From NCBI GenBank assembly GCA_902477075.1, contig CABSFU010000006.1, positions 757 through 64,756 on the forward strand: DNA of 64,000 nucleotides, read 5' to 3'. The DNA comes from an uncultured Bacillales bacterium. GTDB lineage: Bacteria; Bacillota_I; Bacilli_A; RF39; UBA660. Of this stretch, positions 1 to 8,930 are shown piece after piece. Position 1 is the first letter of the stretch, and every line of letters begins with the position of its first letter. The notes below the pieces were generated by a model. That model was not told where the DNA came from. It did not search any database and saw nothing but the letters and a program-made list of their open reading frames with translations. Position numbers and translations under genes: made by a program.

Positions 1-158
1 TATACCTCATTATTGCGAACAACAGCATAGCTATCTTTTAAATTAGCATTTCCATTACGAAGCGATTTAATCTCAGTGCCTGTCAAAACGATTCCTGCTT
101 CTATTTCTTCCAATATTTCATAATCAAAATAAGCTTTTTTGTTTTTGATTTCTGTCAT
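1..158 (-). CDS. smpB: SsrA-binding protein SmpB, N-terminal part (gene continues past the window start)
   Basis: Not in the ORF track because it runs off the edge. The reverse complement from the ATG at 156-158 reads [52 protein letters not shown], a canonical SmpB N-terminus. It lies downstream of rnr as in other Bacillota. Confidence 0.85.
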   Translation of the reverse strand, partial: MTEIKNKKAYFDYEILEEIEAGIVLTGTEIKSLRNGNANLKDSYAVVRNNEV

Positions 159-1642
159 TTTATCATCTTACTTTCTATATTAGAATAAACATGATTGCTT
201 CCGCCTTCATAACTCATTAGTTGTTCTAAAATACGACTTTTGTATTGAAATACTTCCGCTTTAATATCTGGATTTACGGGATAATAATTTTCAAGCGCTA
301 AGTAATTTCTTTTTAAATTGGAAAAACTATACTCAAAGCCTCTTAATATAGCATCATAAAAATCAATTTTTTGATGAATTTCATTCAACTTATCAATATC
401 TGTTAAATTGGTACGTTGCAATTCATTTAGTAATTTTTCTTTCTTTTCAAAAAAATGATCTGGTGTTCTAGGTTTTCCATTAGGCTCAAACACTTGAAAA
501 ATTACTTTTTGTTCCTCCGGTGTCAACACAGTAGAAATCAAATCGGGATGATTTGCTACTACAGAAGCAAATAAAGTATGAATGTTATAAGAATCTTTGT
601 AATATAAAGTTCTTTGATTATTACTTTCTAATTCTAAATATTTTTCGGTTTCTTCTTTTATTTTATCTTTTGACTGACGATAAGTTAAAGGGGCATAGAT
701 TTTTAAAAACTGTTCAAGCAAAATGAAAGAACAAATTTGAGCATCCGTTTCGGTACTAATAAAGTCATAATTTGCATCATAAAAATTTTTTCCTTGAACT
801 TTAGTAAGAAAAGTATCCTCTACTTGTTTAATAATATCAAAACGATTTAATGTCTTTTTCTCTTCTTTTTGGACTCCATGTTTTATTTCATGAAACAAAG
901 TTTGAAGATTCAATAAGACATCTGCAGAAGTAACCTGATAAATATTGATATATATATGGTGAATCTTATTACCATTTTTATCTATTTCAGTTCGGTATTC
1001 TCCATTTGCATTTTCTAATTTTGCAGAAAGGGTAATTTTAACCGGTTGTAATTCGAATTCATTTGCGGCGAACTTAGAAAAGCGGCAGAAAAAGTTACGA
1101 TAAACTGGTTTACTTAAAGAATATTTTCTTTCCAATATCATATTAAATATGTATCCAAAATTTTCTTCATTAGTGTCATTTTTTTCATTTAGAGCAAATG
1201 CATAACGTTCAAATTCCTCGTTTGTAATATAGGAACTATTTCTATATTTTATATAGGTATTTAAACAATTTTCATATTGAGATGTTTCTTGTAATTCTTC
1301 TAAGAAATTAGAAACATAAGTGCTATAAAATTCTGAATCAACCGATAACTCTTTTGCTTTTTTGATAACTGCTTGATTTAATTCATTATGATAAATTAAA
1401 TAGACATCATGAGCATATTTATCTTTTAAAATGCACTCAAACCAATCGGTGATCAATACAATATCAAATGTATTTTCATTCATCTTTTGAATCTCTTCTG
1501 TCATTGTTATCATTAATTTTTGTATATATTCCTCTTTGTCATAATAAGAAAAATATTTCTTATTTTCTTCAAAAGATTGAAATTTTTCTCTCAAAAAAGG
1601 GTTGTACAAGATTTTTTTTAAAAACTCTTGTTCACTTATCAT
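155..1642 (-). CDS. hypothetical protein, 495 aa, with a single HExxH motif ([10 protein letters not shown])
   Basis: Long ORF. Its TGA stop overlaps the smpB ATG (ATGA at 155-158) and its start overlaps the upstream 63-aa ORF by 11 nt. No TM segment or signal peptide seen, and no family recognised. Confidence 0.75.
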   Translation of the reverse strand: MISEQEFLKKILYNPFLREKFQSFEENKKYFSYYDKEEYIQKLMITMTEEIQKMNENTFDIVLITDWFECILKDKYAHDVYLIYHNELNQAVIKKAKELSVDSEFYSTYVSNFLEELQETSQYENCLNTYIKYRNSSYITNEEFERYAFALNEKNDTNEENFGYIFNMILERKYSLSKPVYRNFFCRFSKFAANEFELQPVKITLSAKLENANGEYRTEIDKNGNKIHHIYINIYQVTSADVLLNLQTLFHEIKHGVQKEEKKTLNRFDIIKQVEDTFLTKVQGKNFYDANYDFISTETDAQICSFILLEQFLKIYAPLTYRQSKDKIKEETEKYLELESNNQRTLYYKDSYNIHTLFASVVANHPDLISTVLTPEEQKVIFQVFEPNGKPRTPDHFFEKKEKLLNELQRTNLTDIDKLNEIHQKIDFYDAILRGFEYSFSNLKRNYLALENYYPVNPDIKAEVFQYKSRILEQLMSYEGGSNHVYSNIESKMIK

Positions 1643-1823
1643 GTTTTCTTTCCTTTTCTTCCATTTTTTTCTTCATTTCTGTTAATTTAAATTGACAATA
1701 TTTTATTTGATCTTGATTATTCTCTTGTACTGCTAAACGTAATTTATATTCATAATATGCTATCATTTCTTCATCATTGTAACATTCATAAATTACTCTT
1801 TGTAAATTTTTCAATTTAGTCAT
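1632..1823 (-). CDS. hypothetical small protein, 63 aa, helical and charged
   Basis: ORF overlaps the rnr stop by 8 nt and the 495-aa ORF start by 11 nt, so it looks translationally coupled. No family recognised. Confidence 0.55.
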   Translation of the reverse strand: MTKLKNLQRVIYECYNDEEMIAYYEYKLRLAVQENNQDQIKYCQFKLTEMKKKMEEKERKHDK

Positions 1824-3957
1824 TTTTCTTTTCCTTCATATATTTTTTAATATTGTCTTCTGTAGCAGGGACAAAATCAATTGTTCTAGCTTCTTTATTA
1901 GCCGCTGAAACAATGACATCCATTTCATCACCTAAACGATAACCTCTTTTGTTTTTTTTGCCAATTAAAGACATGGTCGATTCATCAAAAATATAATAAT
2001 CATCCTTTAACTCTTCCATACGAATTAAACCTTCTATTAAATTAGGCAATTCTACAAACATACCAAAACTTGTAATACTACTAATCATGCCAGAATACTG
2101 TTCTCCAATATGATCTAACATATATTCAGCCATTTTCATATCGTCTACTTCTCTTTCACAATCAATAGCAGCCCTTTCTCTTTCACTTGAATGTTCACAG
2201 ATTACTTTTAATTCTGCTTCTAGTTGACTTAAATAAGTTGAATCCATTTGATGTTTAAATAAATAAGTGCGCAACAAACGGTGAACTGTTGTATCAGGAA
2301 ATCTTCTTATTGGTGAAGTAAAATGCGTATAACATTCACTTCCTAATCCAAAATGGCCAATATTTGTTGTATCATAAATAGCCTTTCTCATACTTCTTAG
2401 CATTAAAGATGATAAAATTGGATACTCTTTAACATCTTTTAAGCTATCTAATAATTTTTGCATTTCTATGGGCGTCATATTTCTTATTTTTTCCTTAATA
2501 ACATAACCTAAACTATTAACAAAAGAAATAAAGTTAGTAACTTTTTCTTCACTTGGTTTATCATGAACACGATAAACAAATGGAAGTTGCATATAATTAA
2601 TATAAGTAGCGACCGCCTCATTGGCAGCTATCATAAAGTCTTCAATTAACTTTTCGCCTGTCCCTCTTTCTCTTAAAACAACATCAATTGCTTTTCCATT
2701 TTCATCCACAATGATTTTAGCTTCATCAATATTAAAATCAATATATCCTCTTGCTTCCTTATTTTTTCTTAAAATAGAAGCTAGTTCTTGCATTACTTTT
2801 AAAGTATCAGCAAACTCTTCATATCCAGATGGTATTTCATTTTTTTCTAATATAGAGTTGACACATTTATAAGTCATCTGTTTTCTAGAGCGAATAACAC
2901 TTTCTTTAATATCAGTAGAAAGAATTTTACCAGATGGATCAATTTCCACCATACAAGATAAAGCAAAACGATCTTCTCCGGGATTTAAAGAACAAATACC
3001 ATTAGAAAGTTTATGAGGCAACATTGGAATAACACGATCAGCCAAGTAAACAGAAGTACCTCTTGTATATGCTTCTTCATATACCTTCATTCCAGGTTTT
3101 ACATAATAGCTAACATCCGCAATATGTACACCTAAATAATAATTCCCATTTTCTAATTTTTGTACTTCTACTGCATCGTCTATATCCTTTGTATCATCTC
3201 CATCAATAGTGAAAATCATATGGTTTCTTAAATCAATTCCATCGTTATTCAATCGATTACTAATTTCCGTTTCGGAAAGACTACCTGGTATTTGTTCTAC
3301 TTCTTTCATTGCTTCTTCTGAAAAAGCATCTGGAAAATCATGTTCACACACAATGGACAAAATATCTACTCCAGGATCATTAATATGACCTAATATACGT
3401 AAAACTTCACACTGATAAGTATTATCTTTTAATTTTGTGGTTGGTTTTACTAATACCTTATGTCCTGGCATAGCATTTTCATCTGTAATTAAAATATTTA
3501 GTTTTAATTTTTCATTATCTAATTTTAATTTTTTTACATTACCATCTAAAATAACAGTTCCTACTAAATTACGCATATTTCTTTGTACAATACGAACAAT
3601 TCTTCCTTCTAAATCAACACCTTTTTTAGATGTAATTTCAACAATTACTTTATCTCCATCCACTGCGCCATTTAAACAAGTTGGAGGAATAAAAACATCG
3701 TCATTTCCTTCTATATCTACAAAAGCATAATTTTTCTTTGTTCCTAAAAGAGTTCCAATTTTAACATTTTTGTTTTTAAAAGTTTCATAATTGTCTTTAT
3801 TGGTTCTCCTAATTTTTAAATTATCTTCTAAGTAATTTAAAATAACCATTACCTTTTTTAAATTATCTACTCCTTGATAATTTAATTCTTCACAAATTTC
3901 ATGTACACTAAGTGCTTTATTTCTTTTATTCAATAATTCAATAATTTGTTCTTCCAT
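1816..3957 (-). CDS. rnr: ribonuclease R (RNB-family 3'-5' exoribonuclease with C-terminal S1 domain)
   Basis: 713 aa. N-terminal winged-helix and cold-shock-like region, RNB core (IFTIDGDDTKDIDDAV, HFGLG...YTHFTSPIRRFPD) and an S1-like C-terminus (GMISSITSFGMFVELP). Confidence 0.95.
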   Translation of the reverse strand: MEEQIIELLNKRNKALSVHEICEELNYQGVDNLKKVMVILNYLEDNLKIRRTNKDNYETFKNKNVKIGTLLGTKKNYAFVDIEGNDDVFIPPTCLNGAVDGDKVIVEITSKKGVDLEGRIVRIVQRNMRNLVGTVILDGNVKKLKLDNEKLKLNILITDENAMPGHKVLVKPTTKLKDNTYQCEVLRILGHINDPGVDILSIVCEHDFPDAFSEEAMKEVEQIPGSLSETEISNRLNNDGIDLRNHMIFTIDGDDTKDIDDAVEVQKLENGNYYLGVHIADVSYYVKPGMKVYEEAYTRGTSVYLADRVIPMLPHKLSNGICSLNPGEDRFALSCMVEIDPSGKILSTDIKESVIRSRKQMTYKCVNSILEKNEIPSGYEEFADTLKVMQELASILRKNKEARGYIDFNIDEAKIIVDENGKAIDVVLRERGTGEKLIEDFMIAANEAVATYINYMQLPFVYRVHDKPSEEKVTNFISFVNSLGYVIKEKIRNMTPIEMQKLLDSLKDVKEYPILSSLMLRSMRKAIYDTTNIGHFGLGSECYTHFTSPIRRFPDTTVHRLLRTYLFKHQMDSTYLSQLEAELKVICEHSSERERAAIDCEREVDDMKMAEYMLDHIGEQYSGMISSITSFGMFVELPNLIEGLIRMEELKDDYYIFDESTMSLIGKKNKRGYRLGDEMDVIVSAANKEARTIDFVPATEDNIKKYMKEKKND

Positions 3958-4034
3958 ACTATCACCTATTAATATTATAAATTATTTTTAAATAAAAATA
4001 TAGTTTTTTTACCTTATTTTACAAATAAATTGAT

Positions 4035-4063
4035 TTGACAAAGAAGCATTGCTTTTATATAAT
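4035..4063 (+). promoter_or_regulatory. sigma-A type promoter, TTGACA-17 nt-TATAAT
   Basis: Perfect -35 (4035-4040) and -10 (4058-4063) hexamers with a 17-nt spacer, about 50 nt upstream of the 4116 CDS. Confidence 0.6.
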
Positions 4064-4115
4064 TTATATAGTTTTACATTAAATTTTGAATTCATAGTAG
4101 AAAGGAATCAAAAAA

Positions 4116-4778
4116 ATGGAAATAGATACTCGATATATTAACCAATTAGAAATCATTATTAACTTATTTACAATTGAAAATGGTATGATAAAAATTTTAC
4201 TACTAAAAAGGACAGAAGAACCATTTAAAAACTATTGGTTCTTACCTAGTAATTTGTTAATGACGTCTGAAACAATAGAAGAATGTGCGAAAGCTACTGT
4301 ATATGAATATACAAACTTTGAGTATATTGATTTAATACAATGTAACATTTTTAGTCAAATTGATCGTTTGCCAAATGAGCGTATTATTGCGAATTCTTTA
4401 ATTGGAATTGTTCCAAATATCGTTTTAAATCACCATCGATATCGTAAAAATATAGAATGCGAATGGTTCCCAATTAATGATATTCCTAAAACTGTTTACG
4501 ATCATACTAAAATCATTGAAGATGCGATTACGTTTTTAAAAAAACAAATTTGTGATCATCATCTAATTCAAAACTTTCTAGAAGAAGATTTTACATTACC
4601 AGAATTGCAATCCATCTATGAATGTGCTTATGGGAAAAAATTAGATAGAAGAAATTTTAGAAAAAGGATGCTAGCAACTGGTAAAATCATAGATAGCGGT
4701 GAAAAAGTAAAAAAAGAAACCGGTAGACCACCAAGACTATATCATTTTTGTGAAAAAGAAAATCAGATGAATCCTTAA
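4116..4778 (+). CDS. Nudix-domain plus winged-helix regulator (NrtR-like), Nudix box degenerate
   Basis: 220 aa. N-terminal Nudix-fold region. C-terminal segment LDRRNFRKRML...TGRPPRLYHF is typical of the NrtR winged-helix domain. Confidence 0.6.
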   Translation: MEIDTRYINQLEIIINLFTIENGMIKILLLKRTEEPFKNYWFLPSNLLMTSETIEECAKATVYEYTNFEYIDLIQCNIFSQIDRLPNERIIANSLIGIVPNIVLNHHRYRKNIECEWFPINDIPKTVYDHTKIIEDAITFLKKQICDHHLIQNFLEEDFTLPELQSIYECAYGKKLDRRNFRKRMLATGKIIDSGEKVKKETGRPPRLYHFCEKENQMNP

Positions 4779-4785
4779 AACAGAC

Positions 4786-4814
4786 TTGACAGACAAAACA
4801 ATATCATGTAAAAT
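4786..4814 (+). promoter_or_regulatory. promoter for tRNA-Ser, TTGACA-17 nt-TAAAAT
   Basis: -35 at 4786-4791 and -10 at 4809-4814. The tRNA starts at 4832. Confidence 0.5.
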
Positions 4815-4831
4815 GATATTCGTAGTCAATC

Positions 4832-4922
4832 GGAGACGTACTCAAGAGGCTGAAGAGGCGCCCCTGCTAAGGGTGTAGGTCGGGCAACTGGCGCGAGGGT
4901 TCAAATCCCTCCGTCTCCGCCA
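4832..4922 (+). tRNA. tRNA-Ser (anticodon GCT), long variable arm, encoded CCA
   Basis: Acceptor GGAGACG/CGTCTCC, anticodon loop CTGCTAA, long variable arm (GGTGTAGGTCGGGCAACTGGCGC) and T arm GAGGGTTCAAATCCCTC. Confidence 0.9.
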
Positions 4923-4934
4923 TTTTGAAAATAA

Positions 4935-4970
4935 AAGTCTTATTTCCTTTGTGAAATTAAGACTTTTTTT
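4935..4970 (+). terminator. rho-independent terminator after tRNA-Ser
   Basis: Stem AAGTCTTATTTC / GAAATTAAGACTT followed by a T-run. Confidence 0.7.
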
Positions 4971-5309
4971 ATGCAATATTTACAGTATTGCTAAAAATAA
5001 TAGATATCTAATTATTATGTAAAAAATATACAGTAGCACATTTTTTATAGCTTTTGGCACTTTTTATGGCACCTATTTTTCATATTACTACAATAAGTGG
5101 TATAAAATGTTAGCATTTGAAAAGTAACACAAATTTTATTAAAATATGGAAAGAAATATTATATGAATTAGAAATATTTTTCAACCTTATCTCTTATTTT
5201 AATTATCTTTTTATAAAAAAAGAAAAAATTTCATCACTCTTTTTGCTGATATTCTTGTTTTTTAACGTTTAAAATGTTAAAATTAAAAATAATTTTAGGG
5301 AGAAACTTT

Positions 5310-6785
5310 ATGAATAAAATATATTACAGTGGTGAAATATTAAATTTAAATGATCTATTAAATATCTCTTTTGATCTAGGTGATATGGAACATGTTGGTT
5401 ATAGTTCTGTCCTAACCGATAAATTTTTAGAATATCTAAATTCTTTAAAAAGGGAAAAGAAAGATAAATTTATAAAATTAATTAAGAATTATTATCCCAA
5501 CGATATCATTCGTTTACATACTCAAGAATGGTCTGATATAAAAAATACAATTAATCATGCATTTAGTGTTATTCATAATCAAGATAATGGAAAGTCCATT
5601 TCAATATTATATGAACTGATTACTTCTGAAAATGGAGATTTGTATGGAAAAGAATTATTAACTGGATTTGTCTTTCCAATTGTTAATAATGATAAAATTG
5701 AATATAAATTAAGTATTTCTAACGTTAAAAATGCTGTTTTATCGGACGATGGAGAGTTACTATTTGTCAAAACTAGAGATAAGTATTATCATAACCATAA
5801 AGACTATAGATGCCTTAATTATTCTCACCAACATATGATTTATTTTATTGAAAGTATCAATTCATTTACAGATCGCAATAAAAAGAAATTTTATCCCATT
5901 AATTTAACTGTTTATAGTTTAAAACCAATCATTCATCCTTTTGAAAATTTAAGTTTATGTGATTCTATCATTTTTAATCATAAAGTTGCCAATAAAAATG
6001 AATTAGAAGAATATACAGAAAAATTTAAAGGATTATTTAAAAAGAATTCCAAAAAAGCGTTTATCGAAAGTATAACAAAACAATATAATAAAAATATTTT
6101 TAATTCAGAAATAAAAGAAAAAGAACCAATTCAAGAAGAGAAAAAAGAGAAAATTGAAAAAGATAAATTAACACTAAAATTAGAAAATATTGAATATTTG
6201 TTAGCAAAACTAAAAAGAAAAGATAACACTTCCTATGAAACATGCCTAAAAGAATACAACAATCTTATCAATTCAGAAACGGAAATTCTTACCTTAACAC
6301 CCATCACTTTAGAAAGTCTAACGATATTAGAAGGAAAAATAGAATTTTGTTTAAATTATTCCAAAAATAAAAATATATTTGATTTATTAGATGATTTAAA
6401 AAATGAATATTTAGATAACTTTCAAAATAAGGAAGATAGAACAACTAAGTTAACTTTAACTGAAATAGATAAATTATATGAATTATTTTCAAAAGCAAGA
6501 AAAGAATACTCGCTTAAAGATCAAACAAAAATTTTAAAAGATATAGCATTCTTATATATAATGGAAACAATAGAAGATAATGATATAGATATAACTGATT
6601 TAGAAAATAGTTATTTCAGTGACCATTTAAAATATATTATGATGGTTATTCTATCTTTAATTGATGATAATACAATAAAGGATAATATATTCATTAATTT
6701 AGAGGATGAATTAAATATTCAAAACATATATAATATCATTAAAAACATAGAATTTAAAAACAATAAACAGAAAAGAAAGAAGTAA
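5310..6785 (+). CDS. hypothetical protein, about 491 aa, lysine/glutamate-rich helical C-terminal half
   Basis: The track ORF is 5274-6785. The ATG at 5310 (MNKIYYSGE) follows a GGGAG RBS. Very AT-rich and adjacent to tRNA-Ser. No family recognised. Confidence 0.65.
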   Translation: MNKIYYSGEILNLNDLLNISFDLGDMEHVGYSSVLTDKFLEYLNSLKREKKDKFIKLIKNYYPNDIIRLHTQEWSDIKNTINHAFSVIHNQDNGKSISILYELITSENGDLYGKELLTGFVFPIVNNDKIEYKLSISNVKNAVLSDDGELLFVKTRDKYYHNHKDYRCLNYSHQHMIYFIESINSFTDRNKKKFYPINLTVYSLKPIIHPFENLSLCDSIIFNHKVANKNELEEYTEKFKGLFKKNSKKAFIESITKQYNKNIFNSEIKEKEPIQEEKKEKIEKDKLTLKLENIEYLLAKLKRKDNTSYETCLKEYNNLINSETEILTLTPITLESLTILEGKIEFCLNYSKNKNIFDLLDDLKNEYLDNFQNKEDRTTKLTLTEIDKLYELFSKARKEYSLKDQTKILKDIAFLYIMETIEDNDIDITDLENSYFSDHLKYIMMVILSLIDDNTIKDNIFINLEDELNIQNIYNIIKNIEFKNNKQKRKK

Positions 6786-6868
6786 AAATTAAAACTTCTT
6801 TTTTTATATTATTAAAATAGACAATGATGCTTTATAAAAAACACTCATATATTGAGTGCTTCTCATAA

Positions 6869-7599
6869 TTATTGTGCTGTATATCCTCCATCAATTGGTA
6901 CAATAGCTCCTGTAATAAAAGATGCTTCATCACTTAATAAATAACAAATTAAATTAGCAATTTCATTAGCTTCTCCAAGGCGTCCAATTGGTAATTGATT
7001 TGCCATTACATCTTTGATATTCTGTGGCACCTGAGCTAAAATTGGTGTATCTACATATCCAGGCGCTATTGCATTAACACGAATATGATCGCGAGCATAT
7101 GTTAAAGCTAATGATCTTGTCATTTGATTAATAGCGCCTTTCGTTGCCGAATAAGCAAAGCTTGTGGTACTTCCTACTAATCCATACATAGAAGAAGTGT
7201 TTACAATTGAACCATTTCCATTTTTTAGCATTTCGGCAATTACATATTTATTCATTAAAAAGATGCCTGTCTGATTAATGGCAACAACTTGGTTCCATTC
7301 TTCTAAACTAACTTCATGAGGTTTATTGGCTCCTCCACCAATTCCAGCATTAGCTACTAAGTAATCAATATGTCCATAATGTTCTACTACTGATTGAACA
7401 CATCTTTTTACTTCTTCTTCCTTCGAAACATCACATTGTATTCCTATTACATGATCTCCTAAATCAGAAACAATTTGGTTGATTTCTTCCTTTTTATCTA
7501 CAATAGCAACAAATGCCCCTTCAGAAATCATTTTTTTGCAGTAGCCAAACCAATTCCGGAGCATCCTCCAGTTACAATTGCTACTTTTCCTTTTAACAT
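6869..7599 (-). pseudogene. short-chain dehydrogenase/reductase (SDR), frame broken in a homopolymer
   Basis: Track ORF 6869-7564 has the SDR core (NAG, SxxxxxxxxxxxxYxxxK: YSATKGAI). The N-terminus MLKGKVAIVTGGCSGIGLATAKK (from the ATG at 7597-7599) is in another frame. The frames join at the T7 run at 7531-7537, where eight would keep the frame. Confidence 0.8.
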
Positions 7600-7636
7600 A
7601 AAATCAGTCCTCCTCTACTATTTCATTATAAAACAT

Positions 7637-8191
7637 TTAAAATTTTTTAACCGATTTTTTATATAAATAACACTCTCTCTCATGAGAATTAATAATTCCT
7701 ATTGCCTGCAAATAAGAATATATTGTAATTGTTCCCACGAATCTCATTCCTCTTTTTTTTAAATCATTTGAAATGTTGTCGGATAGTTCTGAATGTGTTT
7801 TTTCTGTTTCATAAATTACAGTATTTCCAGTAAACGATTTTAAATACGAACCAAAAGAGCCATATTCTAATTGAATTTTTTTAAAAATTTTTGCATTTTC
7901 AATACTAACAATTATTTTTAAACGATTACGAATAATACTTTTATTTTGCATTAATAAATTTATTTTTTCACTTTGATAATTACAAATTTTATCAATTTCA
8001 AAATGATCATATGCTTTTTCAAATGCTTCTCTTTTATTTAAAATACACTCCCAAGATAATCCAGCTTGAAAAGATTCTAATATCAACATTTCAAGTAAAT
8101 AAGTCTCATCAAAATTTGGAATACCCCACTCTAAATCATGATAAGAAACATAAATAGGATTATCTAAATTACACCAATGACATCTTTTCAT
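7637..8191 (-). CDS. tag: DNA-3-methyladenine glycosylase I
   Basis: MKRCHWCNLDNPIYVSYHDLEWGIP...ESFQAGLSWECILNKREAF matches the Tag family. The ATG at 8191 follows a GGAGAG RBS. The track start at 8209 is a TTG. Confidence 0.85.
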   Translation of the reverse strand: MKRCHWCNLDNPIYVSYHDLEWGIPNFDETYLLEMLILESFQAGLSWECILNKREAFEKAYDHFEIDKICNYQSEKINLLMQNKSIIRNRLKIIVSIENAKIFKKIQLEYGSFGSYLKSFTGNTVIYETEKTHSELSDNISNDLKKRGMRFVGTITIYSYLQAIGIINSHERECYLYKKSVKKF

Positions 8192-8371
8192 TTTTACTCT
8201 CCTATACAAGGAATAATTAATTTTTTTATATTATCCTTTTTTATTTTTTAGTTAATTTATAAACTTAACAGAGATATTATATTATAATTAGTTTTATTTC
8301 TCAATCATTATCAATCAAATTTTTATATAAAAAAAGTAGGTTTTTTCACCTACCTTTTTGTAATTAAACTA

Positions 8372-8791
8372 TTAGTCTTCTATTTGGACATATTTTTTAT
8401 TTGGAAGTTCTTTCTTTTCTTCTTTTTTAGGAACTTCTAATTTTAAAGTACCATTTTTAAAGGATGCTTTAATATCTTCTGTTGTAATTTGATCTCCAAC
8501 GTAAAAGCTTCTTGAACATTCACCAAAATATCTTTCACGACGAACAAATTTTCCTTTTTCTTTTTCATCCTTATCAGAAGTCATAGTAGCATGAATAGTT
8601 AAATAACCATCATCTACTGCAACTTTAATATCATCTTTGTCATATCCTGGTAAATCAACAATAATAGAATAACTATCATCATGTTCTTTAATATCTGTTT
8701 TCATTACTTTACTTTCTTCTACATTAAAAAATGGATCTTTAAACATATCTTCTAACAAATCAAAATCTTTTCTTCTAGGTATCATCATCAT
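8372..8791 (-). CDS. small heat-shock protein, Hsp20/alpha-crystallin family
   Basis: Alpha-crystallin core (DIKEHDDSYSIIVDLPGYDKDDIKVAV...GTLKLEVPK). The start is ambiguous between 8791, 8797 and 8827. The AGGAAG RBS favours the MMMIPRR start. Confidence 0.85.
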   Translation of the reverse strand: MMMIPRRKDFDLLEDMFKDPFFNVEESKVMKTDIKEHDDSYSIIVDLPGYDKDDIKVAVDDGYLTIHATMTSDKDEKEKGKFVRRERYFGECSRSFYVGDQITTEDIKASFKNGTLKLEVPKKEEKKELPNKKYVQIED

Positions 8792-8903
8792 ATCCATTAC
8801 TTCCTTTCTCTTTTGTGTTGACACCAAATAGGTAGCACATCATATAACTTAATACCATGTAGGAGTTCCTTACCTCTTACACTTTACATTCTATCACATT
8901 TAA

Positions 8904-8930
8904 TTAGCATTGTCAATATGTGAGTGCTAA
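8904..8930. promoter_or_regulatory. CIRCE-like inverted repeat (HrcA operator) upstream of hsp20
   Basis: TTAGCATTG-N9-GAGTGCTAA versus the consensus TTAGCACTC-N9-GAGTGCTAA. The right arm is perfect and the left arm has 2 mismatches. It lies about 80-110 nt upstream of the hsp20 start. Confidence 0.6.
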
